A DNA stretch of 64,000 nucleotides from the human T2T-CHM13v2.0 reference genome, Homo sapiens: the NCBI RefSeq assembly GCF_009914755.1, contig NC_060940.1. One strand, written 5' to 3'. A program made the translations under genes and the position numbers. The notes beneath the pieces are model-generated. The model worked only from the letters and a program-made list of their open reading frames with translations, ran no database searches and was not told where the DNA came from. Positions 40,974 through 55,256 of this stretch are shown here, in pieces; the stretch's first letter is position 1, and the number at the start of each line of letters is the position of its first letter.

Positions 40974-41319
40974 TGAACTGAGCTTTAACTCTGGGCTGTT
41001 TCTGCTCATGATAGGCTTTATGGTTTTTCTTTTTGTTTTGTTTCATTTTTGCACACCTCCACCGGGTGGGAAAATCTTTTCCTACTGAGCATAGCTTGAG
41101 AGAAGCTCACATGTGCCAAGAAATGCTACTCACCCCAAATACTTTGTGCCCAGTAAAAGGGATAGTTAGGGACTGAGGTCCGAGAGGGGGACAGCATTCT
41201 GGAGAACACTTCTAATAGATCTCTGCAAATATGTTGAAGAAGGACCTAGGGTGTTCTAAACATTGGGGAGGGGTGCTCAGGACTCTGCAACTGTCTTTCC
41301 TGGTGTCACTGTTCACGGC

Positions 41320-41900
41320 ATGCACACTCACAACATACACACCTGCCAGCACATACCTACATGACCTTCGTGCCCTTCCCGTACTTCTGGTGCATCACCC
41401 CTGCACATCACATTTCCTACGTGCATTTCCCACATGTCCCCGCACACCCGAATATACACAAACACATATTCCCCACGCTCCGTGAAGTATGTCCACCACA
41501 CACTCACATAGGCAAGAGCAGATGCAATGCCTTGGGTTCACACACTCTTTACACACCCCTGCAAACACATCCACACTACACACACCATGCGCAGTTTCCA
41601 TGACACACCCACACAATCCATATTTTTGGCCATAGACATATAGCACATAACTGCATCAAAACCTTTTCACCCACAAAACATATATACCTCACACTCACCT
41701 ACCCACCCACGTCACATTGACACTCATATCGACACCATCTCACCAAAGCAAACCACAGTCCACATTCACTCTATATCTATTAATATATCTATATCTATCA
41801 TCTATACCTATGTCTATATTCATATGCATACATCTCATAGACACACACATTCTCATTCACACACCCACTCTTCACATCCTCATTCTCTCACACATACACA

Positions 41901-41937
<37 letters not shown>

Positions 41938-41940
41938 CAT
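41320..41940. repeat. Degenerate CA-rich tract ending in (CA)n
   Basis: CACAC/CATAC-rich low complexity; pure CA run at ~41904-41935. Confidence 0.8.
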
Positions 41941-42859
41941 GACTATACCCTGCATATAGACCATACTTATTTCCCAGGGATCATAATTCAACATTGAAAA
42001 ATTGCCTGAGGCCACACACAATCCTAGCCTAGAATCACCAAAAAAAAAAAAACTTTAAGTCTAAAAAGTTTATGGGGAAATAAAATTCTATTTGCCTATT
42101 TTTAGCTCCCCCGAGGTTAAATATGGCCTTATTCCATGCTCAAGCAGCTTCTGGGATTATGTAACTCCAACAGCTCTGATGTCTGACGTCAGTGCCTTCT
42201 CTACCCTCAGTGACGGAAGTGCAACACCCTTTCATCCACCACCAGCAGCAGCAGGTGTTCTAGGCAAAGGGATATTTACTGCTGTGGTGAAGGGATGGAG
42301 TGGAATAAATGTGGGGAAGTGGTGCCCTCAGCCAGTGAGATGAGTCTCCTTGACACCAAAAACCCTGCTTGGTAAGGACTGAGGCCCAGACCAACATCTG
42401 AAAAATGATCCTATCTTGCCATATGCTCCTTCTGAAACTCTCTTGATGGGAGACAAGTGTTTGGGGAAAAGGGCTGGGACTCCAGCTGCCCAGGCTGATG
42501 TCCTGAGCCTGGCATTGAAGGGCAGCTGGGGATACAGAGGAGGGGGTATGGGGTGGAGAGGCTATCGTTCAATGCCTTGGGTTTTGTGGTTCATGCTCAC
42601 TGGGCACAGGGTCACAGAGGGTTTCCTGAATCCACTTACCAGCAGAGATTGAGAAGAACCACTGTGTTGCCAGGTTGGGGGTAGTATAGCATAGTGGTTA
42701 ATCACAGGGTACCCTGAGTTGCATCAGGTCAATTTCTGGCACCTCATCTATTAGCTCTACTAGCTCCTTGACCCTGAGCGGATTACATTGCATCTCTGAG
42801 CCTCTCTTTTCCCAACATTAAAATGGGGGTGGCTCTGACATTCAAAGAGATAGTCATGG

Positions 42860-43172
42860 GACCAGGCATGGTGGGTCACACCTGTAATCCCAGCATTTTG
42901 GGAGGCTAAGGCAGGTGGATCACTTGAGGTCAGGAGTTCAAGACCAGCCTGGCCAACATGGTGATACCCCGTCTCTACTAAAAATACAAAAATTAGCCTG
43001 TTGTGGTGGTGGGTGCCGGCAATCACAGCTACACAGGAGGCTGAGGCACAAGAATCGCTTGAACCTAGGAAGCAGAGGTTGCAGTGAGCAGCGATCATGC
43101 CACTGCACTCCAGCCTGGGTGATAGAGCAATACTCCATCTCAAAAAAAAGAAAAAAAAAAAGGAAAAAAAAA
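42860..43172 (+). mobile_element. AluS element inserted in a MIR
   Basis: Full dimer; TSD AGATA(G/A)TCATG; MIR halves at ~42680-42850 and ~43180-43235. Confidence 0.95.
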
Positions 43173-43369
43173 GATAATCATGAAAAGAGCTTAGCACAGT
43201 GCCCAGTATATAGGAAATGCTCAATGGTCATTATCATCCTCATCATTAAAAAAAAAAAAAAAAAAAAAAAAACTAGCCTGTTTTTCTTAGTTAAAAGTCC
43301 AGAGTGTCAACCCTGGCCAAGATTGACTTCTAAGGAGGCCCCATTCTTTTCCTTTTTCCTTTGAATGCA

Positions 43370-43620
43370 GCCTGTTCCTCTTCACCCAAATTGGCCTTTC
43401 AGGAGTTCCCTAAATCTACTGCGTTTGTTCCACCTCTTTGTATTTTCTCATGCTGTCTCATCTGCATGCACTGCCATCCTCTCCCTTGTTGGTTTTGGCA
43501 AACATCTACTCACCTTTCAAGAGGAAGCTCAAATGCCACTTGTCATGGAGAGCCTTCCCTGACACCCCCAGGCAGACTTGGGTTTCCTCTGATCTGTCAC
43601 TGCTCCTTAGATGTGGTGAC
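43370..43620 (+). mobile_element. L2 fragment
   Basis: CTACTCACCTTTCAAG..AGCTCAAATGCCAC..GAGCCTTCCCTGAC. Confidence 0.65.
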
Positions 43621-43759
43621 GTCCATGTCTCCCAACCCCCTGCCATCCTTCATTATTGTGGTAGACTTGGCCCTATTTGTCAGCAGCAAGAGACACAGCA
43701 AGTAGCTAAGAAAGAGGGCTCACAACAAACTCCAAGATAGTGAGATTATTCTACTCTTA

Positions 43760-43920
43760 GCTTTGCTACCCAGAGTTTATTCTGGGAACCAGTAGTGTCA
43801 TCACCACCTGGGAAATTGTTGAGATGCAGAATTTCAGCCCTACCCCAAGCCTATTGAATCAGAATATGAATTTTTAAAAGGAGGTGATTCATCTGCACAG
43901 CATCATTGCGGAGGCATTGT
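43760..43920. mobile_element. MER5A relic
   Basis: CACCTGGGAAATTGTTGAGATGCAGAATTTCAGCCCTACCCCAAGCCTATTGAATCAGAA. Confidence 0.75.
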
Positions 43921-44300
43921 CTGGGACCTCCCACCACCCCTGCAAGCAGTAATGGTGGCAAGCAGGGCAGGTAAAGCCATGTGCATATATTAACCCTTGA
44001 TTTACTTAGTTGGGATTCAACCATGACCATGGAAGAAACCCCAGGTAGGGATTATATCCAAGATGCAATCAAAACCACAATGTAACGTTTCCTTTTTATT
44101 GAATCCCCAAATAATCCTTCCCTCATTTCTTCCTTTTTGCCCTCATCTCAAACCTCTCCCAAACACCATCTCAATTTTTCTAAGGTTGAACCAGCAGAAT
44201 ATGAGTTACTCTACCCCAATTATTACCGACTTCACTTTCATAGGGGTTTTCTTCTTATATTATCATTAGCATGAGGTGGGAGCTCAATGAATGGGGATAA

Positions 44301-44623
<323 letters not shown>

Positions 44624-45882
44624 ACTTTGATTTTCAAGGGATCACAACCTCTCTCAATGTGGCTGAACAACAACCAGCTCACCTTCTTCTTATGGTCCCA
44701 AGAATATGAAGACCCTACAGCTGTAGCCTTATTACTTCACCTGTGTCTGGATATATCTTATCCACCCAGACATGTTACCTCAAATCCCCTCAGTTAGTAA
44801 CTATCTCTACTCTTGTTATATAAAGAATATTTCCAAATTTACATGAATTCATAATTTACAAACTCTTTACAAGCTCTTGAACTAAATACATTTTAGATTC
44901 TTATAAATTAGCCAAATACACTTCTCTCATTCAGAAAAACAGATTTCCCTGATGATCATTCTGCACGTCAGTACATGCCCACTTAATAGCTTTTATTACT
45001 AGTCTTGAATTGCTATGAGAATGGAGCCATGGATTCGCTGGCCTGTAGTAGGTTTTCTCAGGAATTTATTCTTAGGTGAATAAATGAATAAGACCCTTGT
45101 GTCCAGGGAGTCAGACTTTTTATCTCCGCATCACCAGGGTTTCTGGCACATAGTAGGTGTTATCATTTGTTTTCAATGAATGAATGGACAGAAACTGCAG
45201 TCATTTCTGCCGCCTTTACCTCTAGGGATCCATGTGGATTCTTAGATTAAATTGTGTGAGAAGAAGATCAGGGAGGAAAACAAAGCAGAAACCTTATTTC
45301 GTGCATATTATCATACTGCTTTTTTCATTCAGTGTAAATAAATAAAAGGGGCTAGTTCCAACAATGGAACTATAAAAATACCCAGAGATGCATATGAAAA
45401 GTCTACCACTCCCTAGAAATAAATTCATCTAGTTGAGCTATTTATTTCAGACACTTTTTTTTCCCCAAAAATAAATCTTCTGTCCTCCATACAAGTCAGG
45501 AGAGGTTGTCTATGTGTCTGCCTATCTTTAGGCTTGTTAGGTTTCTCTGTTTATCTCTCTGTGTCTTTATTTGAATTTGAGGCTGCCAAGGCTCATGGGT
45601 TATAAGCAAGAGAAACTAACTTTGGATGACTTAAACAAATACATGATCTATTGGAAGAAAAGCGAGATATTAATAGCTCACAGAATCAGAAGATGTTCTA
45701 GAGAATCACACTTTAGGAAGGAGGGAGATGAGGGAAGTTTCAGAGTTCTGGAACTAGCATATCCTGTCACTGAAATGATTGGATGTCAATCATTTTCCAT
45801 TATTGGGTCACTCAACTCAAGATTCAAATCCCAGGGGCAGGGTTAAATGCCAGGACAATCTTGGGTCACATGTCCAGTCATG

Positions 45883-45938
45883 TGCCAGGCAAGGATGGAA
45901 CACCCAGTTTGCCAGGCAAGGATGGAACACCCAGTTTG
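45883..45938. repeat. Perfect 27-bp tandem duplication
   Basis: TGCCAGGCAAGGATGGAACACCCAGTT x2. Confidence 0.95.
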
Positions 45939-45981
45939 ATGAATTGATGAAGACTCTATCTGAAGAAGGAAGAATAGATAT

Positions 45982-46477
45982 TGTGGTAGACAGAATAATG
46001 GGCCCCCAAAGAGGTGCACATCCTAATAATTGGAAACTACATAAATATGTTAGGTTACATGGCAAGAGAGAATTAAGGTTGGAGATAAAATTAAAGTTGC
46101 TAATCAGTTGACTTTAAAGAGGAAGATTTTCCTGGATTACCAGGGCATGCCACTATAATCACAAGCTTTCTTTAAATGTAGGCGAGGTAGGTAGAAGAGT
46201 GACAGAGTGATGTAATTAGCCACAGCTGAATATCTGAGTATGAGAGGGGGCTCTGAGCCAAAGAATATGCCAGTCCCTAGAGGCTGCAAAAGGTAAGAAA
46301 ATGATCTTACCCTCAAGTCTCCAGAAAGGAACACGGCTTTGCTGACACCTTGATTTTAGCCCAGTGAAACCCATTTTGGACTTCTGACCTCCAGACATGT
46401 AAGATAATAAATCTGTGTTGTTTTAAGCCACTAAGTTTGTGGTAGTTTGTCACAGCCAACTTAGGAAATGGATATAG
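45982..46477 (+). mobile_element. MLT1D LTR
   Basis: TGTGGTAGACAGAATAATGG, ATTAAGGTTG..TTGCTAATCAG, GACTTCTGACCTCCAGA, TTTTAAGCCACTAAGTTTGTGGTA. Confidence 0.9.
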
Positions 46478-47299
46478 AGCTCAACCAGAATAAAAAAACA
46501 AAAAAAACCACATGCCTATAATAGAGTGTGCCTTTAAATGTTTGTTTCTATATTGGATTTTTAATGGAAAGCTTGGTAGTTGTAATCCACTCAGGGATGG
46601 AGAATTGGAGAATCACAATTAGTTCCAAGGCCTAGCTCAGAGGAGGTGCTTGAGAAATTCCGGCTGCATAAATTGATAGACATGGAACAGGTGTGGTGTA
46701 CAGTAGATTGTTGAGGTATCTCATGCCCATTTCTGGAGAACCTTGTGGTGGAACTCCAATGTGGGATTTCCACAACAGAGAGGGTTCTCAAGCACTGCCT
46801 CCCACAGGGTCTTCAGAAAAGGCAAAAGCATGCCCCAAAGTACCAATTTCATCCCAGTACAAGCTCCGGCAAGCAGAGAAATGTGGCCCTCCGGAGGGTA
46901 TCAAACCTGATGTTCCAGGATGTTTGCCAGTCTTCTCTGGAGCATGAGAAAATATTGCACTTGATGATCGCTCATTTTGATTACACTTCTGCTCCAGAGA
47001 TTATGGTACTTTTTTCTGCAATGTTTGGGAACGCAGCATCTCTGGGTATTGGTCTATGCCCATCAGAAATCAGTGTTGTGATATAATTACATTTGTGAAG
47101 CAGATGGTTCACCAACAAGCACGTGGCTGAAGCTCCTGTTGCAAATAGAGGCAACAGATCTGAGGGCTGGGATGGGAGTGGGGGTGGGGGTGGGTTGAAA
47201 GCTCCTCTTTGTTCCCAGATAAGAGCCATCTAGCTTGTGTCTCTGGTGTTTTTGCAAGGATTTTGGCAGGGAGATAATTGCAGAGGCTCAGGGAAGGGA

Positions 47300-47430
47300 A
47301 TTACCGTTTATTAAGCACCTATCATGTGCTGAGTTTCTTCTACACCTATCTCATTTAATATTTATAACAAACCTAAGAAGTAGATTTTAATTATCGTCAT
47401 TTTACAGGTGGGGAGACTGGGGAAATTTAA
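47300..47430 (-). mobile_element. MIR
   Basis: TTTATTAAGCACCTA, TCTCATTTAAT, CATTTTACAGGTGGGAGACTG. Confidence 0.7.
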
Positions 47431-47457
47431 GTTAGGGGTTTACAGTTATGTAGCTGT

Positions 47458-47884
47458 TGTGGTAGTCATTAGCATTGCCCACCAAATACTTCCTGTTCTC
47501 CTCCCAAGCACAAGAGAATTTCCCTGCTCTTTGGCCATCTCAAAGTGTGGTTTCTGTTCTCTGACCTTTGAATGAGGGTAGAAGCATGTGACTTGCTTAG
47601 GAGAGTGAAAGGTGAGCAGAAATGTAGCGGATCTCTTCTGGATGGAAGCTTTAGGAGCCAATACACAGTTAGCCATGTGCTTTTCCCCTCCATCATGGTG
47701 ATGGGTAATGATCCAGATAGAAGTTGCTCTGTTAACTGGCTCTTGGCAGTGAGGATGGCATGGAACAGAGACCCCAGGCAATGTATGAGAGAGAAGAATC
47801 ATGAGTGAGCAATACAACTTTGTTGATTTAAGCTACTGAGATTTTGAGGCTGTTGGATGCAGCAGCATAATCCTGTCTAATACA
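47458..47884 (+). mobile_element. MLT1H/I-like LTR
   Basis: TG...CA ends, GGAAGCTTTAGGAGCCA, TTAAGCTACTGAGATTT; 5-bp TSD GCTGT/GCTGC. Confidence 0.8.
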
Positions 47885-48249
47885 GCTGCTAAGGAAAAGG
47901 TCTGGAATTTGACCACTAATCAGCCTGGCTTTTTACCTCCTCTCTGCAGAGCACCAAAGTGGTCTTGGTTTCTCGTTCATGATCCCTGTAGAGAGTTAGG
48001 ATTTCAGGTTTAGGGTCTTTCCTTTGCTGTGAATCTTAATTTTTCTGAGCTTTTGAAAGCAGACACGGTTACGTGGTTGTTCTCAGGATGTTTTGTCAGG
48101 GTTGTTTCTGCCTCCCCAAGAAGCCTGCAGAGATGGGAACTCTGTCCCTCTCTAGACATCCCTCTCTAGACATCACTCATGGTACACATGGCTGCTCAGA
48201 TTGTAGATGATGATGAAATACTTCCTGTAGGAGTTATTGGCATAGGTTA

Positions 48250-48590
48250 AAATGACTAAGAAGACAATGAAATAATGACATGGGATGAAATATACTGGAG
48301 TAGAATGAACTGGGGACAGAATGGCTTGAAATGGAAGAGGCTGAGTTGCAATGCAATGAAATGAAATGGAAGTAGATTAGAACAGAATGGATTGAACTGG
48401 GATCAAATGGGATGAGTTGGACTTTAAATGGGATGGAGTGGCTTAGAATGCAATAGATTGGAGTGGAATGTATTGGAATGATGTGGAGTGGAATACTTGG
48501 ATATCACAGAATGGAACGAATTGGATGGAACATAATTATTTATTGAGTTAAAGGCATATATTGGAATGAAATGGATTGAAATGGAAAAAG
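48250..48590. repeat. Diverged (GGAAT)n-like pentamer repeat
   Basis: Recurrent GGAAT/GAAAT/GGAGT/GGATG with ~5-bp periodicity. Confidence 0.75.
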
Positions 48591-48785
48591 TTGGTAGCTT
48601 AGTTCTTTTCTTCTAGGGTCCTACCCCTCCCCACCTGCCCTGGGACTATTTTTGCTGCTCTTAAGTAGTCAACATAATGTTGAGAAAATGATGTTGACTA
48701 GATGACCCCTCTGAGGGAGATAATTTCAGTCTCCTCATTAGCTCTACCAGACTGCTCTGCAGGGGATGGCCTCTGGCCTTTCATA

Positions 48786-48830
48786 GTGTGTTTGTTTGTG
48801 TGTGTGGTGTGTGTGTGTGTGTCTGTGTGC
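48786..48830. repeat. (TG)n imperfect
   Basis: TG run. Confidence 0.85.
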
Positions 48831-49669
48831 ATACGTACATATGCACATATGGTGGGGGTAGGGCACTGTGCTAGTCAAGGTACCCAGGCCACAGCCTTTG
48901 AACTAATTAGCAATTACTGGGCCTGGGGGAAACGTGGCTGGGGTGGGGGACATTTGTTAATTCCATTTGGTGAAGTCCATGATATCATTTGCTTCTCTGC
49001 CTCTTCCCCACTTCCCCCTCTCCCCCTACCCCTATTCCATGTTCCCTGTATAGTAACAAGAGGATTTCTCTGCTTTTTTTTCTTCCCTCTCCCAGAATGA
49101 GGGAATGTGCTTGGAAACAGTTGCCGAGGGAGCAATCTTGTTTTTGAAAAAGAAACTGTAAAAAATGTGTTTGCGGGGATGCCAAAGTGGAGGAGCCTTA
49201 TTTAAGTGAGTGGGGTGGTGGGAATGTGTTTACACAGCAAAAAAACGCAAGCTGGGTGTCTGCTGTTTCTTAAGTGGATGGTATTTTGAAGGGACTTCAT
49301 GATCTGTCTTTTAATTCACTGTTACTGCTTCTAGTCCAGGAAAGTGTGCCTTCCTGGCATTCTTCATGTAGCTTAGGTTAAGCAGCAGAAAATTGGCAGC
49401 CAGTCTGAGCCGGTGCTTACCTAATAGAAAACCGTGTACACGCAGCTCAGACAGAGCCATATACATGGGTGTAACTGGGTGCATCAATGACCACTGTGAG
49501 GATTAAATGAGGTGGTACTTGCCAGCATGCTTAGCACTGAGCCTGGCATGTAGTAAACTCTAAATGAGTGTTAGCCCATTATTAATTGTGTGTACACGCG
49601 TATATGCACACAATCCTGCCAACACTCATTGATAGGTGCAATTGTATACACATATAAAATTACTTCCTT

Positions 49670-50027
<358 letters not shown>

Positions 50028-50352
50028 TTACACCAAACCCTATGCACACTCCTAACTATGGATACGTATAATCAGGTAGTCTCTCATCTTTGCGCTTCTC
50101 CACATCATGTGCGTCATCAAAAGATGAAGGCATGAAAGAAGAAACACATTTACTGAGTGTTTTTTATATAGAATGTATATAAATGCAATTTGCAAATTTC
50201 CTTTGGAAACCTGGCTGAGGGCTTTTCAAGTATGCATCAGAGGATTCCTATTTAGAGCTTTGTTTCTGTGTTCCACTCTTTCTTGGTTCCAAATGGCTCT
50301 TTCCTTTCCATCTCCCCTGCTGTCATCTGAATCTTCTTCTTACGTGTTTATT

Positions 50353-50401
50353 CATCCATCCATCATCCGTCCATCCCCCCATCCATCCATCCATCCATCC
50401 C
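50353..50401. repeat. (CCAT)n imperfect
   Basis: Tetranucleotide run. Confidence 0.85.
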
Positions 50402-50589
50402 ACTAAGATGCTTTATGTGGTGCTGAGTGCTGGGCTATAAGAAAGATTTGAATCAACCCTTTCAGAGCCTCTCATCTATCCTAGCATTAAGGAAGTTGTT
50501 TGTGTGAAGCTTCGCACTAATATATGTGAAGCAATTTAGCATCACAAAGCTCTGTTGCATACATGATAATACTTGATTAGCAGAGAATG

Positions 50590-50810
50590 GGAGATCTCAG
50601 ATTTTGGAACTTGAATGCCTGGGTCCAGATCCCAGCTCTGCCAATTATTTGCTGTAACTGGACAAGTTACTTAGCCTTTCTGTCCCCCAGTTTCTCATCA
50701 GTAAAACAGAGATCACAAAATACCCATTTTCGAAGATTTTCGTGAGGATTGAAGGAATTCATACATGGAAAGTGCTTAAAACAGGATGTGGTACATATTC
50801 AGTGTTATGT
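50590..50810 (+). mobile_element. MIR
   Basis: ATCCCAGCTCTGCCA, GGACAAGTTACTTAGCC, CAGTTTCTCATC, GTGAGGATT. Confidence 0.85.
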
Positions 50811-51502
50811 GTTGTGACTAAAATTGCTATTGCTGATTTTCTCAGGCAGACCTGGGCAGCTAGTGGTGTTATCTCCATTTTGCACATAAAAAGGGTCAGG
50901 GCAGTTCAGCATTACCCCTGAATGACTGCCACTGCCTGTCAGCTGTCCTCCCTGCCTGTTCCCAAGGAGGGAGACAACCCTTCTGCCAGCCCCCAATCCG
51001 GAGGCATTCATTCATTCCCACTCTCAGTCTCCCAGGAATTGTCAGTGAACACAGATTTGAGTCTTGTTCTGAGAGGAGGGCTTCATAAAAGGCTGCTCAA
51101 GGCTCAGGAAGCCTCAGCTCCATTTGTTTGTTTTCAACACTCTCCTGCTTTGACTCATCTCCAGGGTTCTTAGCCCCTCTAACATGGGCTCCTCAGTTAG
51201 TCTGAAACAAGTTTTTTATGTCAGAAAGGGGTGGTGGAGAATGATTGGTTAAGGGTGAGTTGTGGTATATTAGAAAGAACCGGAACCTTGGGGCCAGACC
51301 TGGGCTTTAGTCACTTTCAGGCAGAACAGTTCCCTGTCCTCTCTGTGCCTCATCTGTAAAATGGGGCGACAGTTTTTCCAGTATGTCCTCTCAGAGCAGT
51401 GTAGCCATAATGGAGAAGCAGGCTTTGTCTTCAGACTGACCAACATTCAGATCCCAGCTTTGCCTCTCACTGACTGGGACTTGCTTGTCTTCCTTGCAAT
51501 GG

Positions 51503-51960
51503 AATTAGTCTGAGTTCTTAGTTGCAAGCAAAAGAACCCAACTCTAAATGATCCCAGCAGAAAATGAATGTATTAAAAGGAAGTTCATAGAATTTCTGGA
51601 TGTCTGAGAAACTGGCTTAGAAACTGAGAAGAAACAAAGAGAGAAAAAATAGCCAGAACTACCCCCAAAACCATGCCACAAAAGCTGTCCTGGGAGGACC
51701 CTGCTATTGCCCACAGTGCGCACTGGATATTGCCGCAGTGTTACTTTTCTCAAGATGGCTTATTCACTGTCCCTGTTACTTGGGCTACCAGCTCCCAATT
51801 CAAAGACACATCTGATTGGCCAAGCCTAGGTCACATGCTCTTGCCTGTGCCACAAGGGAGGCTGGGAAAGCAAATATTTGGTCTTTTCAACTTGTTGGAG
51901 GGAGGCTCCATTTCTTTCCAAGGCCCATAAGATGGGGAGCTCCCAAACATAGGAGAAGGT
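51503..51960 (-). mobile_element. MLT1K-like LTR
   Basis: TTCTTAGTTGCAAGCAAAAGAACCCAACTC, TCTGATTGGCCAAGCCTAGGTCACATGC. Confidence 0.7.
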
Positions 51961-51989
51961 GATGAAGATGATTTTAAAAACACAGCAAA

Positions 51990-52358
<369 letters not shown>

Positions 52359-53099
52359 TCAACTACAATGTGGATTCCTCTTCTGTACAATCTGGAAAAC
52401 AAGACCTATTTCTAGGAATATTGTGAAAGTTACATAAATTAACATGAATTAGGCATAATACCTAGCACATTATATGCACTCAACAAATGCTGGTTTCCTG
52501 CCCCAGTTACTAGAAGGTGCTCCAGGGTCTGAGTTTCTGGGGTGGTTCCCAGAAGGCTTCCTTTTCCTAGCTGTGGAAGAGGAAAGACTGCCTTTGTCCA
52601 TGATGCTGATTTATCTCCAGATCCCCAGTGGCTCACAGATGCTCCTGAGCACAGCTGTTCTCGAGATGTGAGAGAAGAAAGCCCAGTACTGTTTGGTTCT
52701 CAGGAGGAGGTCAGGATTGGGAGTAGTCTCGCTCTTTTGCCTAAAACTGGAGTAAAATTTCACTCAGCAGAGGGATAGATATGAAGATGACTGGCTCTTG
52801 GTTCATTAATCAGAGCATCCTTTGAGCATACGCTTTTCTCTTGATAAAGATTTACTATATTTCAGTTCCACCAAAGCCTTCTATAAGTTCCATAGGTTCC
52901 AGATATCAATTGGCCTCCCTTAGAGGAGAACACAGACTCACAGATATGTTCACATCATTTGCCCATTCTCTAAGGCCGAGGTTCAAGTCCATGCCCTTGG
53001 GTGAAGCTGTCCATGATTAATTCCGCAGAAACTTCTGCCATCTTTGAATGCTGCTGAAGCTCATATTGCTGCCTCTTCTTCCTGACTCCTGTTCTTTCT

Positions 53100-53470
53100 C
53101 CCACAAATATTTGTTGAGGGCCTACTATGTGCCAGGCACTGGAAATAAAGTAAGTCATAAAACCAACTAGCTATCTGCTGTCAGATAATTTTCCATTCTG
53201 GTAGAGGAAAGCGAAAATAAACAAGAAATAAAATAATTCTATATTGCTATGGGTGAGTGTTAGGAAGACTGAAACAATGAAGTCAGGGAAGATTGGGAAA
53301 CTTTAAGTGTGGATGTCAATGAGGTGCCTTCTAAGAAAGGCTGAGCCATATGAAGGCCTAGGGAAGAGAGTTCCAGGTGGAAGGAATCACAGGTGAACAG
53401 ATTCTGAGGCAGGCGTGAGCTGGTGTGTTCTGGGTACAGATGAAGGATTAACATGGATAGAGAGCAATGA
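53100..53470 (-). mobile_element. L2 fragment
   Basis: ACAAATATTTGTTGAGGGCCTACTATGTGCCAGGCACT. Confidence 0.8.
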
Positions 53471-55084
53471 GGGAGAGAGAGAGAGAGGAGGTGGATACAG
53501 CTTAGTTAATAGTGCTTGATATCTTGATTTGTTCAATCAGATTTCCTATAAGTCAGACCTGTGCCTTCTACTTTTTGGTGTCTGCCTGCTATTGTGTCTA
53601 GTATATTCTATTCACCCAAGAGGCACTTAAGTTTATGCTTGATTAACATGAATCCCTCCTCCAGTAATATATCACACTGCATAGGTGGCCCTGGTCCCTT
53701 TGAGTTGTTATTTTCTACAAAATCATGATGCTGAATGCAGACTGTGAGGTTCTACACTGGGTTAGGTGGGATGCATCTAAGTTGGGTCACGTTTTGTCAA
53801 TGCAGTCAAATCAGGAAGTGCAAACCTAAGTATGGTGCGTGAGAACCAAAATCTGATGAGAAAATTTTATTATGCGCTCTTTGGGGCAGGTTGGGACCAT
53901 TTTAACACCCCCCAGGGGCTTAGTTTAAAGGCACAGCCCTCTGGACCTCCCATTTCACAACCTCCTTGTCAAATGCTTGCATAGATGTGTCAGAATACTT
54001 CTGCTAGAAACATGCCCACAGGAGAGAAGCGGTGATGTTGCCCTGGAGCCTCCTAATTCTGCTGCGTCTGGCTGAGACAGGGTAGGCAAGAAATCAACAC
54101 TTTCCTTTTCAGGCTGGATGGCTTCAAGGAAACAAGTAAATTCTTAGCCTCAGGGTAGATATTGGTATGAAATGACCCTAATTTTTCTTCCTAGCCCCAT
54201 TCCCCATGGCAGGAGAAGTTAGGTTGGCATTTGAACCAAAGCTTTATAAATAATTTGCAGGAAAAGGCACACCCTGGTTAGAACCAAAGACTTATGTATT
54301 TCAGTGGAGCCGTGGAAATTCTCACTTTTCTGTCCTGGCTGGCTCCAGGGAGTTGGAGGCAGAGAGAATTATAGTCTATTGTGCTCCAGGCTGTCCAGAG
54401 GTTTTAGAGATGTCTGTGGGAAATAGAATTGCCCAGGATGGTCAGAGTCAAAAGGCGTGGTGAGACCTTTGCTACATTGATGGGTCGCTCTGTGGTGTCA
54501 CTCAGGATATCTTTCCCCCCTGCTTGGGTCTTTGTGTTTTGGACTCATCTGCCCATGTGGCTAGCCTCACATAAGACCTGGACCCTAACACGTCCTCACT
54601 CATCTGTCCTGTTTCTGAGCAACTTCTCTGAACCTATCTTGCAACATCCTTCTGAGCAGCTTCTGACCCAGTTAATTATACTCTTTCATTTGGGTCTTGA
54701 CTTTGGGCATTTTTCTCATCTAAACCCTGGCTGTCCCCCTACAGCTAAAATGCCAAGTCTATAAGAACTCAAAGGCATTTTTCTGTCCCAGCCATCCCCT
54801 CCTACGTTGGTCCAGACCCATGGTCAGGACCCAAGCTGTGAAGAACAGAATGAGTCTTTCTTGTCTCTGCATTCTAGGTCCTTTATCCCTTGACTCTTAG
54901 ATCTTCCAGCCTCTTTTATAGGCAGGGGGTCCTTTGAATACCTACCATATGCAAGACAAAATTATAAGTGGGCTGAGGGTGGAAAGTTTGAACTCTACCT
55001 TATAAGAAAAACCCTCGTTTTTTTTTCCTCTATCGGTGCTAGAAATGGAAAGTTTCTAAAGATTTGTTTCCTTAGGTACTACAA

Positions 55085-55256
55085 CCTCTCTTTCTAGTTT
55101 GCTGAAAGTTTTTTATTGGTGATACACATTGCATTTCATTGCATGATTTTTCTGCATCCATTGAAATGATCTTATGGCTGTTCTTTTTTAGGCTGTTAAT
55201 ATTATGAATTACTTGGATTGAAATTCAAGTGGTAAACCAACCTTGGATTAATTAGA
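55085..55256 (-). mobile_element. L1M fragment duplicated from 57372-57544
   Basis: Near-identical to the internal segment of the downstream L1M. Confidence 0.9.

Noticed and set aside
46591-47229. Cluster of overlapping short ORFs in unique sequence
   Set aside because: No recognisable homology or convincing exon structure; lengths are compatible with chance
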